Shown here piece by piece: positions 51,926-61,470 of a stretch of 64,000 nt of DNA. The stretch is from the NCBI GenBank assembly GCA_017628025.1, contig JAGBZX010000033.1, forward strand, positions 13,280 to 77,279, in the 5' to 3' direction. The notes under the pieces are model-generated. The model had not been told where the DNA came from, ran no database searches, and saw only the letters and a program-made list of their open reading frames with translations. The position numbers and the translations under genes are program-made. The stretch comes from Kiritimatiellia bacterium (GTDB lineage Bacteria; Verrucomicrobiota; Kiritimatiellia; RFP12; UBA1067). The stretch's first letter is position 1, and every line of letters starts with the position of its first letter.

Positions 51926-52357
51926 TTACACACCAGTAGAACCAAAACCACCGTCTCCACGGTCTGTTTCTTCAACATCACTTACGCAAAAAACCTCTGC
52001 CTGCGTAACTGTTGCTATTACAAATTGGGCGATTTTATCGCCTTTTGAAACTACAAAGTCTTGGTCACCAAAATTGGCTAGTATTACGCCAATTTCACCT
52101 CTATAACCGCTATCTACAGTACCAGGAGTATTTAATACCGTTACTCCATGCTTCAATGCTAGCCCCGAACGAGGGCGAACCTGAATTTCAGTACCCAGGG
52201 GAAGATTTGCCACTAACCCTGTATGCACTAAGGCTCTGCCGCCCGGAGGTATGACTAAGTCATCTACCGAACGAACATCCATACCTGCGTCAGATTCGTG
52301 CGCATAGGACGGCAGAACCGCATCTGGATGGATTAATTTGAAACCAAATTTAATCAC
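51926..52357 (-). CDS. dut: dUTP diphosphatase
   Basis: 143 aa. The five dUTPase motifs are recognisable (..AGMDVRS.., RSGLALKHG, GTVDSGYRGEI). Confidence 0.85.
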   Translation of the reverse strand: MIKFGFKLIHPDAVLPSYAHESDAGMDVRSVDDLVIPPGGRALVHTGLVANLPLGTEIQVRPRSGLALKHGVTVLNTPGTVDSGYRGEIGVILANFGDQDFVVSKGDKIAQFVIATVTQAEVFCVSDVEETDRGDGGFGSTGV

Positions 52358-54066
52358 TCTTCAATCTCCGTATCGCTAGACTGCTCAACTGTCATAGTGG
52401 CAGCTACTGGCTCAAAACCAATTTTATCAAGAGTCGTCTTCTGCCACTTGTCTGAAACCTGCCTACGCTGAAGCATCTGAACATCAGATGCAATCTGCGA
52501 GCGAAGCATCATTGCCTTAGCCGCGTCACCACGAACACGGTCAACACAGACAACGAGAAGACCACGATTTAAACCTGTTGAAACGAAAGGTGAAATACCA
52601 TCCTTCGAAAGCTTAATGGCATTTTGCATAACAACGTTCTGGTCATCAAACGTGCCAGGCTGAACGTCACTTACAGAGAAGGTGATATTCGTTGAAACGT
52701 TACCACTAGCAAGAACTGCCTTAATCCCCTTCTGTGCTATAGCTTCAACGGAAGCTTTGAATGCGTTCTTTTTCGCGTCACGGAGAGCGCGATTTTTAAT
52801 CTTATCCTTTGCCTCTTCAAATGATGGCGTGTGAGCAGGAGAAAGCTCTGCACGCTCAACAAGCCAAACTGCTTTCTCTGCGCTTACGATACCATAACGA
52901 AGATCCTCAACTTCTGGATCAAGTTCAGCTATAACTTCAGCAGCGTTCTTCGCGCCAGGCAAAACCTGCGAAAGGCGCTTAACGAAGCCTTCTTGCCATG
53001 CGCCATTAAGAGCGAAGTAATCACTTGTAACTACCTTAAGAGAATCGGCCTTTGCTATTTCATCCAACATAGAAACGCCCTTTTTGGCCGGAGCAGAATA
53101 GACTCTATGGAGCAAATTCGTCTCAAAATACTCAATAGCAGCAATTTGGCGAAGTTCCTTCTCGATTTCGCCTTTAACTTCTTCAAAAGCCTTAACCTTT
53201 TCTACGCCGTTAGTGTCGGTAGTAGTATATTTATCAATCATAACATCGTAACGATCGTGCATTTCATCTTCAGTAACGACCATACGAGCTAAAAGTTCAG
53301 GATCTTTCGCATCAAAGCGAATATAGCGAACTTTCATACGCTCAGGAAGAGCAAGTGACTTTACATTTTCATCATACCACTTTTTAAGACCTGCTTCATC
53401 AAGCTTAACAGCATCAGCTGCTTTTTTATCTTGAGTAAAGCGAGCAATACGAACTGTAATAGTGTCAGTCATATCTTCAACTGCCTGATCCAACTCCGCC
53501 GGTGACGCCCAGCTAGCGACATCTGAAACTGTAGAAGCTAAACGCATAAGAGTAGCACGGCGCTTGAAGTACTCTTCAAATCTTTCTGGAGTAAGACCAA
53601 TACCTGCAAGCGTTGACTTATAAAGCTTAAAGCTAAAGCCGCCATTTGCCTGGAAGTTTCTATCAGAACGAATAATTTGAGCAACTTCATCATCAGTAGC
53701 AATTAAACCGTTTTCCTTTGCTACTTGAAGGGCCGCAATCATCTCCCATGTTTGACGATTTACTTCTGTAAAACTGCGGTCTGTGTCACGATTCATACCA
53801 AAGCCACGAACATCCTCTGCGACACTCGTGAAATAATCAGAATCTATCTCTTCGCCGCCGAGTTTGCCAGCACCAGACTTTCTCTGTTCATCGCCACCAC
53901 GTATTATAGAATCATCAAGGCAGAAAAAGAGTGAAATCGCAATTGCGAACGCGCCCCACACCCACTTGTTCCTGATCAACTTATTGAACTGCAGAATAAC
54001 CATTGCTTTCCTTTGCTTTATTTTTATTTTTCCGTCTCGAGTAGTCGAGCCTTTAATGTAACTCAA
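52354..54066 (-). CDS. Periplasmic chaperone / peptidyl-prolyl isomerase (PpiD/SurA-like)
   Basis: 570 aa with an N-terminal TM anchor and SurA_N-like and PPIase-like regions. Confidence 0.5.
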   Translation of the reverse strand: MSYIKGSTTRDGKIKIKQRKAMVILQFNKLIRNKWVWGAFAIAISLFFCLDDSIIRGGDEQRKSGAGKLGGEEIDSDYFTSVAEDVRGFGMNRDTDRSFTEVNRQTWEMIAALQVAKENGLIATDDEVAQIIRSDRNFQANGGFSFKLYKSTLAGIGLTPERFEEYFKRRATLMRLASTVSDVASWASPAELDQAVEDMTDTITVRIARFTQDKKAADAVKLDEAGLKKWYDENVKSLALPERMKVRYIRFDAKDPELLARMVVTEDEMHDRYDVMIDKYTTTDTNGVEKVKAFEEVKGEIEKELRQIAAIEYFETNLLHRVYSAPAKKGVSMLDEIAKADSLKVVTSDYFALNGAWQEGFVKRLSQVLPGAKNAAEVIAELDPEVEDLRYGIVSAEKAVWLVERAELSPAHTPSFEEAKDKIKNRALRDAKKNAFKASVEAIAQKGIKAVLASGNVSTNITFSVSDVQPGTFDDQNVVMQNAIKLSKDGISPFVSTGLNRGLLVVCVDRVRGDAAKAMMLRSQIASDVQMLQRRQVSDKWQKTTLDKIGFEPVAATMTVEQSSDTEIEE

Positions 54067-55142
54067 AAATCAAAATTATCGTCAGAAGAATTTTCCTCTG
54101 TGTTTTCCGTAGTCTCAGAGGCCTTCTCTTCTGAGTTTTCTTCAGCCTGAGCAGTCGTCACGACACTACCAGCGTCAACAGATTCCTGCGACTTTTTAAT
54201 AAGCTCTGCCTTACGATCTTTAGCCGTTGGCGCAGTCTCTCCAGTATTGACTTCATAACGACCTTCAGTAAAAGCACAACTATTGCAAAGAACACCAGAA
54301 GCATCAAATGTCATTATCGCAACTGAAAGATTCTTTCCTAATTGTGGGCGTGAGCGATGAATGCGAACATTTGTCTGAGGCGATATCTTCCAATCAAGAT
54401 ATTTCTCTTCTATTTTAGATGTGCCGGTTTCGTAATTCTTAATCTCAACTAAACCCTGAAAAAGCTTAGACATGTAATCGCCACCGATGCCTGTAATGCA
54501 AGTAAAGAGCATATCTTGAGAAGTACGAAGCCTAATAGCATTCTGAGCTCTAAGCTGAAGAACTTTAAAATGCATGCCTTCTACGGAAAGAGAGCCACTA
54601 GAGCACTTGATGCGAACATCATCTCCGTCACCGGTGAGTTTGCGGCTGTATTTTGATTCGCCAGAAAGACCTGTTACCTTAAAGCCTGTAGACGAAACAA
54701 ACATAAACCCGTCTTGCATGTTTTGCGGCAAACGAAGCTTCAACTCGCCCTGACCTAAGACGATTGTACGAGTTAAATCACCAAGACCTTGAGCTTTTGT
54801 GCCGAAGCTTGAATTTCCATAAAGCGTAACAAAACACTTTTTACCAAGCTGCATTTCAAACTTTGAAGAAGCAGTTAGCGTACGGAAGAAAGCACCAAGA
54901 GGATAATAGCGATTAACCTCAACTGGCTTCCACTCATTGCTGCCAGGTATCATTACCTCAACACTGCCTAAGACAGATTTGCAGACAGGAAGAGTCGTGA
55001 AATACTTTGGCGGCGGCTGCTGTGGGCGTTGAACCTCTTCGGCCTGAACCGGTGTATTTTCTGCACCGTCAATAGATTCATCGGCGAATATCACCGTTGA
55101 AATGGTTGTTACGGCAACTGCCGCTAAAAGTTTTTTCATAGA
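54063..55142 (-). CDS. Secreted hypothetical protein with acidic C-terminal tail
   Basis: Has the signal peptide MSMKKLLAAVAVTTISTVIFA; no known domain. The ORF extends to 55199. Confidence 0.5.
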   Translation of the reverse strand, partial: SMKKLLAAVAVTTISTVIFADESIDGAENTPVQAEEVQRPQQPPPKYFTTLPVCKSVLGSVEVMIPGSNEWKPVEVNRYYPLGAFFRTLTASSKFEMQLGKKCFVTLYGNSSFGTKAQGLGDLTRTIVLGQGELKLRLPQNMQDGFMFVSSTGFKVTGLSGESKYSRKLTGDGDDVRIKCSSGSLSVEGMHFKVLQLRAQNAIRLRTSQDMLFTCITGIGGDYMSKLFQGLVEIKNYETGTSKIEEKYLDWKISPQTNVRIHRSRPQLGKNLSVAIMTFDASGVLCNSCAFTEGRYEVNTGETAPTAKDRKAELIKKSQESVDAGSVVTTAQAEENSEEKASETTENTEENSSDDNFDF

Positions 55143-55156
55143 CATTCTCCTAGAAA

Positions 55157-56332
55157 TCAAAGCAATGAAGCACCCGCAGATGGGCGAATAAGGCTGCATT
55201 CTGGCTCATCGCCAAATTTCGCTTTGTATTCTTTTTTAATTTGTGTAGAAATCTTATCTGCCGCAGTTGGATCAACTAAAAGACAGCAGCTACCACCAAA
55301 ACCACCGCCCGAAAGACGTGCACCATACACCTCCGGGATGGCTTTGGCAGCATCAACGATCGCATCAAGTTCTTCACATGAATTTTCAAACCAGTTACGG
55401 CTTGACTCATGCGAATCATACATTAACGCACCAAACGATTTAACATCACCCTTTGCCAAAAGCTCAGCTCCTTGAAGCACGCGCTCATCTTCACCGATTG
55501 GATGAACAGCTCTCTTGGCGGTTGTCTCAGGCAAACCACCGCGATAAAGCACCCACTCGGCCATCGTCACATCACGGAGATGTGTGACTGGCTTTCTAAG
55601 GACACCAGCAAAATATTTCGCCGCGTCCTCACACGCTTGACGACGTGAAGCATATGCACCATCTACAAGAGCATGCTTAGCATTAGACTTAACCATCATA
55701 AACGCAACTAATGGCCCAAGAGTAACACTCTCAAACTCATTTGTGCGGAAGTCACTTTTTACTAAACCACCTTCTACGCCATACATTGATGATGCCTGGT
55801 CAAGTAATCCGCAGGGGCACCCAGCATAAGTATGCTCAGCCTTTTGACCGATTTTCGCTAACTCAGTACGGCCATAAGAAGTGCCGTAAAGCTTCTGGAG
55901 AGCTAATGCTGTGGCCATTTCCAAAGATGCTGAAGACGAAAGCCCTGCACCTAGTGGCACATTACCACCTAGAACAGCTTTAAAGCCCTTCATAGCAGTA
56001 GCAGGTTTGCCGTTAAAAAGCCAAGCGAAAGTACCCAATGGATAATTAGCCCATGTGGCACCTTCTTCGATCTTGCTAACTTCTGCTAAAGTGCCGGACC
56101 ATGATTCGTTCATATCAAGAGCGAAAATTTCGACTTTATCATCTTCAGCCAATGACGCGGCGAAAAACGTGCCTTTATCAATGGCCGCAGAAAACACATA
56201 ACCTTCATTATAGTCAGTGTGGTTACCAAGTACCTCGATACGGCCAGGAGCATATGCCACAGCCTCAGGCTTTGAGGCATAAAGCTCATTGAACTTAAGT
56301 ATTACCTTGTCGTAAATTTCTTGATTTACCAT
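55157..56332 (-). CDS. galK: Galactokinase
   Basis: GHMP kinase family. The galactokinase signature is PGRIEVLGNHTDYNEGYV and the ATP motif is PLGAGLSSSASLE. The ORF extends to 56344. Confidence 0.8.
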   Translation of the reverse strand: MVNQEIYDKVILKFNELYASKPEAVAYAPGRIEVLGNHTDYNEGYVFSAAIDKGTFFAASLAEDDKVEIFALDMNESWSGTLAEVSKIEEGATWANYPLGTFAWLFNGKPATAMKGFKAVLGGNVPLGAGLSSSASLEMATALALQKLYGTSYGRTELAKIGQKAEHTYAGCPCGLLDQASSMYGVEGGLVKSDFRTNEFESVTLGPLVAFMMVKSNAKHALVDGAYASRRQACEDAAKYFAGVLRKPVTHLRDVTMAEWVLYRGGLPETTAKRAVHPIGEDERVLQGAELLAKGDVKSFGALMYDSHESSRNWFENSCEELDAIVDAAKAIPEVYGARLSGGGFGGSCCLLVDPTAADKISTQIKKEYKAKFGDEPECSLIRPSAGASLL

Positions 56333-56354
56333 AAAATACCTCAATCAAATTAAC

Positions 56355-57656
56355 TCAATCTTTTTTCTGGCCAAGTCTAGAACCGATAAGCGCATAGAAA
56401 AGAACATATGCCAAAAGCGCAATCGTAAACCAATAGCTGTTTAGAATGCCAATCTTATCGGCAATTAAGCCCTGAACGGGGATAAGGATACCACCAAAAA
56501 CCATCGACATGAATATGCCCGAACCCATTGGGACATACTTGCCAAGACCTTCTGCTGCCATATTAAAAATGCCACCCCACATAACAGAAGTGCAGATACC
56601 ACAAGCAACCATAAACGCCATTGAAAGCGGGAAGCTATAGTTAAATAGAGTAATCATCTTAACTGGTGCAAATATCGCCGCAAGAAGAAGCGAAATGCCG
56701 AGAATCGCAAGGAACGTTGTCTGAGCGCGCGAAGAGACCTTGCCGCCGATAACGCCACCTAAAAGTCTACCACACATCATAAGGAACCAATATGCACCGC
56801 AAACCACGCCAGCGACAGCGGCGCCAACGTAGCCAGGACCTTTCGAAACGATTTCGCCTGCGGCATCCTTGACACAATCTGTCATATAAAGCATACCCAT
56901 CGAAGGAACACCTACTTCAATAACGATATAGAAGAAGATGGCCACAGCACCAAGAGTAAAGTGGGGGAACTTTAAGGTAGATGCAATATCCTTCATTACT
57001 GAGGTGTTGCCTGCAAGGCGAGAAGCCTTCTCTTCTGCCGTTTCCATATGTGGTTCAGGAATCTTAGAGAAAGCTACAATAACAAAAGCGAGCGCGAAAA
57101 TACCCATTGCAATCATAAGTGCTGGAGCTGCCTTAATAAATGCAGTATCTTTAGTAATTTCGCCGATAAGCCAACCGAGAACCGCCGGCGAAAGCGTAGC
57201 GCCGACAGAGTTGAGCGAGCAGCCGAACTGAACGAGCTGATTGCCCTTGTTGCCGCCGCCGCCGAGCGTATTAAGCATCGGATTTACTACGAGATTAAGC
57301 ATGCACATAGAAAAGCCAGCAATAAATGCACCTAGAACATAAATGGCAAATGAGCCAACGTAGCCGGAAACCAGCTGAACAGCGACACCTGCAAAACCAA
57401 CAGCTACAGCAGCAAGAGCTGTAAATTTATAACCCTTACGCTTAAGAATAAGACCGCCAGGGATACCCATAAAGAGGTAAGCAATAAAGTTTGCCGCGTT
57501 ACCAAGCTGTGACAGAGCATTTGACGCATTGAATTGGTTTTTAGCTATAACGCCCATGGGGCTAGCGAAGTTTGTAACGAACGCGATCATAAAAAACAAC
57601 GCGAACATCGTGGCAATTGCAGCAATATTGCTATTGGACTTATTTTGAGATTCCAT
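56355..57656 (-). CDS. MFS transporter, FucP/glucose-galactose (sugar:H+ symporter) type
   Basis: 433 aa, 12 TM. The N-terminus is FucP-like and it sits adjacent to galK. Confidence 0.6.
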   Translation of the reverse strand: MESQNKSNSNIAAIATMFALFFMIAFVTNFASPMGVIAKNQFNASNALSQLGNAANFIAYLFMGIPGGLILKRKGYKFTALAAVAVGFAGVAVQLVSGYVGSFAIYVLGAFIAGFSMCMLNLVVNPMLNTLGGGGNKGNQLVQFGCSLNSVGATLSPAVLGWLIGEITKDTAFIKAAPALMIAMGIFALAFVIVAFSKIPEPHMETAEEKASRLAGNTSVMKDIASTLKFPHFTLGAVAIFFYIVIEVGVPSMGMLYMTDCVKDAAGEIVSKGPGYVGAAVAGVVCGAYWFLMMCGRLLGGVIGGKVSSRAQTTFLAILGISLLLAAIFAPVKMITLFNYSFPLSMAFMVACGICTSVMWGGIFNMAAEGLGKYVPMGSGIFMSMVFGGILIPVQGLIADKIGILNSYWFTIALLAYVLFYALIGSRLGQKKD

Positions 57657-57730
57657 TTATTTTACCCCCTTTTTTTGGTTATCGTAAAGTATAGCAAAAT
57701 CACAGTTCATAGTCAATTATTGAATTGTGG

Positions 57731-57763
57731 TACTCCTAAGCCTATAACCTAGGCTTAGGAGTA
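57731..57763. other. Perfect 13-bp inverted repeat (hairpin) with 7-nt loop between the large surface-protein gene and the MFS gene; possible terminator or regulatory site
   Basis: tactcctaagcct ataacct aggcttaggagta, seen directly in the sequence. There is no immediately adjacent U-tract on either strand. Confidence 0.4.
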
Positions 57764-57798
57764 ATTGGAGAGTATGCCTTAGTATTTTTCTTTCAAAC

Positions 57799-60700
57799 TT
57801 ACCTAATTACCAGCGACATTCCTGCTGGCCAAATAATCTTGCCACCACCTTCTACTACTAAATTTGCATACGAGCCACCCCAGCCATTGCCGTCTTTATG
57901 CTTCTTTGACATAACGCGGAGGGTGTGACCCTGAAGATTAATCTTGCCGCCACGTATATTTAAATCATATACCTTCGTATCAGCAAGTAAATATAACGTG
58001 CCAGAAGACAAGTCAACCGTCGCCTTTGCATATGCCGACTTTGCTGGACCATCTGCCGACATTGGGAATGACGTGCCTGCATTGCTGCCAGGGGCAAAAT
58101 AAATTGTGCCACCACCCTCTTCGCTATTGGCAAACTGGTAGTATTTAGTGCCTGTGCCAGAGTAACGAGTGCCATTATAATAATGAGCTACTGAAATGCC
58201 ACCAGCAAACGATAAAGATGTAGCCTCTGTTTGATAAATCGCAACTCTTCCACCTGCGCCACCATATTCCGAACTCTTGCAATCGGCAGTTATAGATCCG
58301 CTACCAACTAGAGCTGCCGCAGATATAATAATACTACCTCCTGCGCCACCTTTTCCTGTCCCACCATTAGCAGAAATAGTACCATTATTTGTTAAATCGC
58401 CATCTGCAATTATCTTTATTTGACCGCCACCTGCACCTTGAATGTATGGCGAGCCGAATGTCACTGGGTTAAGGATTGAACCATAACAAGAGGAAACTGA
58501 TTGCAAATATCCAATAGCTCCGTGCGAAGGGCTTATCGTTGAATCACCTTGTCCAGAACCTTTCGCTGGTCCATACCCAGCGGCAAATCCTTTTCCATTA
58601 ACATTAATAGAAGCACCTTTTTCAACTGTAAAATCACCTTTGATATAAAGATTAACTCCGCACGATTGAGTATTAGCACTGCGAGGTCCATCGTGAGTAA
58701 TTGTAGCTGTTGGGCGAACAATCGCAAATAAGTTTATTATATTATCTGTAGCAATGCTGTTTAAAATAAGTGTTGCCTTCTCTGATACATCAAGAGCATT
58801 TTTAGTTTCAATTGCTTTATTACATTGCAATGATGCAACATAGTCTGTTCCTCCAATTATCAAACCTCCCAAAGAAACTATTGCTTCATCTGAATTAAGA
58901 ACTACAGAGGCAGAAGACGTCTTTGGGCAAATAGCAACAATAGCATCTTCGCCAGGAACTCCTACAGGAAGCCAATTTTCAGGAGTTGACCAACTTGTAT
59001 CAACGCCACCTACCCACTCTACAGCGCTACCGGAGGTGAAATTCCAATTTATGTTACCACCGCTATCTGTGGCAAAGTCGCCAGCAGCAATCATAAGCCC
59101 TAAACTAGCATTGCTATTACTTACTGCTACGCCACGAACGCGCATAACGCCATTAACCTTAAGTCCCCATTTTTCACCTAAACTAGACGATGTAAGAGTT
59201 ATAAGTTTATTAGCATAATCGCCATTTGCACCATCAATATCAAAAACATCTGCTTCAATCGTTTTACCAGTTGGCATTATGAAGGAGGTAACAGATGAAG
59301 AAAGAACCTTAAGGCGCTTTGCTATTAAGCCATTTGGCAAGGTAACAGTGCCTCCAGACTTGGTAATTAAAATATCTCCGTACTCACCATTACCAAAGTC
59401 AAGCGTCGCATCGCCCTGGCCTTCTATGATAAGTTTCTCGGTATTAGTTCTCGTCATAGCGCCCGCCAAGGATAAGTTATTTGTAACTATTAAATTAACT
59501 GCCGAAAGTTTAATAGACGCTCCTTGTTCTGTTATAAGCGTATTTACCTTAGTTTCCGCAATTATGTTCGGATAATTTGCACACCCAGAGGGTATAATTA
59601 TTACATCTGTTTCTAATGGCAAGCGAACTCCACCATATTGATCAAGCCAATTGTCGGCATTTCTCCAAGAAGTATCTTTAGCTCCAGTCCAAGTAAGGGG
59701 GTCTCCTGGTTTTGCTGGAACAGGAAAGCTCCAATTATTTTCTTTTGAGTAATCATCGCCATTAGAATTATCAGCAATAATAGCAACTCCAGAAGCTTTA
59801 CATTTGAGAACATCTACATAATTAATAGACATTGCTACTCCACTGTTAACCTTAAGCGTCCAAATGCCATCATCTGTAGCAGGTTTTAGTTTAAGAAGAT
59901 TATTTTCTGCACCATTAAGTTCAAGCTTTCCATTTGCTGCAATTGCAATAGTTGAAGAGTTTTTTAACTTAATAGTGGCTCCTTCTGGTGTATTGCAAAC
60001 TAATGAATCTAGAGTTAAGACTGTATTTGCGTCTGTATAAGTATATTCAAAAACGTCACCTGGTTCTGGGCTTATAATAATTCCGCCTACTTTTGTTCCA
60101 TTATTTCGCTTAGCGGTAGAAATGCTCGTTGAATTCTCAATATCCAATCCTCTAGTTAATGTTATAGAGAAATCATTTATCGATACATACGCGCCTCCTT
60201 TGACAATAAGTTTACCGAATGGTTGCTCGGCATCTGTAACGTTAGTTTTAATATATGTATATTTTTTACTTGTTTGGCTTTTGCCATCGATAATTAAGTC
60301 TCCACGACCTGATTCGTGCTTTGCACTTTCAAAATAAATAGTCCCACACGAACCCTTGCCAGTTTGACCGCAGGCAGCTGTTACTTTAGCTGAAAATGGC
60401 ACCTCACTAAATTCTTTTTGTTCTTTCGTATAAATAGCTATTCTGCCTCCACCACCGCCAGGATAAGAAGTGCCTGTGCCACCTACCGTGCTAACTATGC
60501 CTGTGCCAGATAAAGCTCCACCTTTAACAATAATTGAGCCTCCTGCTCCATTGCCACTAGAAGATGCATTAGCAGTAATCGTTCCCATTAATGATATTAA
60601 ACCCTCGGCAGAAAGATAAATTACTCCGCCACCAGCTGCACCACTGCCAGAGCCACCCTCAACTGGATTTCTTATATAACCATATGCATTTAATGTATGA

Positions 60701-61323
60701 TTGGCTGCACCACTACCTTGTGTTCCGACTCCACCATGAGAAGAGCCTCTATAATCATTACCATATGTTTTACCAGGGTAAGGACCTTTCCCGGCAGCAA
60801 ACCCACAACCATTAGCATTTACTACGCCTCCATCCTTAATAGTAATATTACCGCCTGCTTTTAAATTGAGTTTGTAATCTGTTTTACCAATCGCCGCAGT
60901 TCCTGTGTTTGTCGTCGCTAGAGGGGTATGCGTAATCTTGCCTTTTGCGCCAACAACAATATCATTAACTATATCTCCTACGAAATTATCTTTAGTTATC
61001 TGAACATTTAGTTTTAGCGTAACGACTGCACTTGCATCTTCATTGTCACCGATAGTAAGTGATTTTACATTAAACTTAGATGACGCCGTCACCGTATACG
61101 CGGCAGTTCCGGACGGGATAATAACATCGTCATCTACTCCCGGCGCTTCCGTTGCAACAGTTCCGTCAGAAAGCGTCCAGTTCGCCGCCGTTGCGAAAGT
61201 GCCGTCCTTTAACGCTCCTGTTTCTGCATTTTTCAACGCCCATGTGTAGGTATCGGCAAAAACCGGAGAAGCAAAAGAAATTATACCACTAACAAAAGCT
61301 ACCACTAATAATTTAATAGCCAT
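57799..61323 (-). CDS. Large secreted beta-helix repeat surface protein with Pmp-like GG[AVSR]I motifs and W-x-G-x-DTSW-x4-NW motifs
   Basis: 1174 aa with a signal peptide. Two internally duplicated Gly-rich modules (aa ~150-300 and ~880-1050) carry GGVIYL, GGSIIV, GGRIAIY and GGAGGSIII. The NW-containing motif appears three times. Confidence 0.7.
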   Translation of the reverse strand: MAIKLLVVAFVSGIISFASPVFADTYTWALKNAETGALKDGTFATAANWTLSDGTVATEAPGVDDDVIIPSGTAAYTVTASSKFNVKSLTIGDNEDASAVVTLKLNVQITKDNFVGDIVNDIVVGAKGKITHTPLATTNTGTAAIGKTDYKLNLKAGGNITIKDGGVVNANGCGFAAGKGPYPGKTYGNDYRGSSHGGVGTQGSGAANHTLNAYGYIRNPVEGGSGSGAAGGGVIYLSAEGLISLMGTITANASSSGNGAGGSIIVKGGALSGTGIVSTVGGTGTSYPGGGGGRIAIYTKEQKEFSEVPFSAKVTAACGQTGKGSCGTIYFESAKHESGRGDLIIDGKSQTSKKYTYIKTNVTDAEQPFGKLIVKGGAYVSINDFSITLTRGLDIENSTSISTAKRNNGTKVGGIIISPEPGDVFEYTYTDANTVLTLDSLVCNTPEGATIKLKNSSTIAIAANGKLELNGAENNLLKLKPATDDGIWTLKVNSGVAMSINYVDVLKCKASGVAIIADNSNGDDYSKENNWSFPVPAKPGDPLTWTGAKDTSWRNADNWLDQYGGVRLPLETDVIIIPSGCANYPNIIAETKVNTLITEQGASIKLSAVNLIVTNNLSLAGAMTRTNTEKLIIEGQGDATLDFGNGEYGDILITKSGGTVTLPNGLIAKRLKVLSSSVTSFIMPTGKTIEADVFDIDGANGDYANKLITLTSSSLGEKWGLKVNGVMRVRGVAVSNSNASLGLMIAAGDFATDSGGNINWNFTSGSAVEWVGGVDTSWSTPENWLPVGVPGEDAIVAICPKTSSASVVLNSDEAIVSLGGLIIGGTDYVASLQCNKAIETKNALDVSEKATLILNSIATDNIINLFAIVRPTATITHDGPRSANTQSCGVNLYIKGDFTVEKGASINVNGKGFAAGYGPAKGSGQGDSTISPSHGAIGYLQSVSSCYGSILNPVTFGSPYIQGAGGGQIKIIADGDLTNNGTISANGGTGKGGAGGSIIISAAALVGSGSITADCKSSEYGGAGGRVAIYQTEATSLSFAGGISVAHYYNGTRYSGTGTKYYQFANSEEGGGTIYFAPGSNAGTSFPMSADGPAKSAYAKATVDLSSGTLYLLADTKVYDLNIRGGKINLQGHTLRVMSKKHKDGNGWGGSYANLVVEGGGKIIWPAGMSLVIR

Positions 61324-61344
61324 AACAACCCCTTTCCTATTATT

Positions 61345-61382
61345 GAGAGTATTTTAGCAATTACCCCCCCCCCTTGTCAATA
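61345..61382 (-). promoter_or_regulatory. Near-consensus sigma70 promoter (TTGACA-N18-TAAAAT) of the large surface-protein gene with a G10 homopolymeric tract inside the spacer
   Basis: The minus strand reads ttgacaAGGGGGGGGGGtaattgcTAAAAT. The -10 is ~28 nt upstream of the ATG and the RBS is AGGAAAGGGG. The tract shows as C10 at plus 61364-61373. Confidence 0.6.
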
Positions 61383-61470
61383 ATAATATGAACAAAACTT
61401 CGGCAATACCCAACGGCAAAAGCGCACTTTACTTGCGTTTGCTTATGAATAAAGAGGGGGAAAAGAAAAT

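Noticed and set aside
61400-61470. Weak hairpin gcaaaagcgc...gcgtttgc after the GH2 stop
   Set aside because: It has mismatched arms and no U-tract, so I did not annotate it as a terminator.
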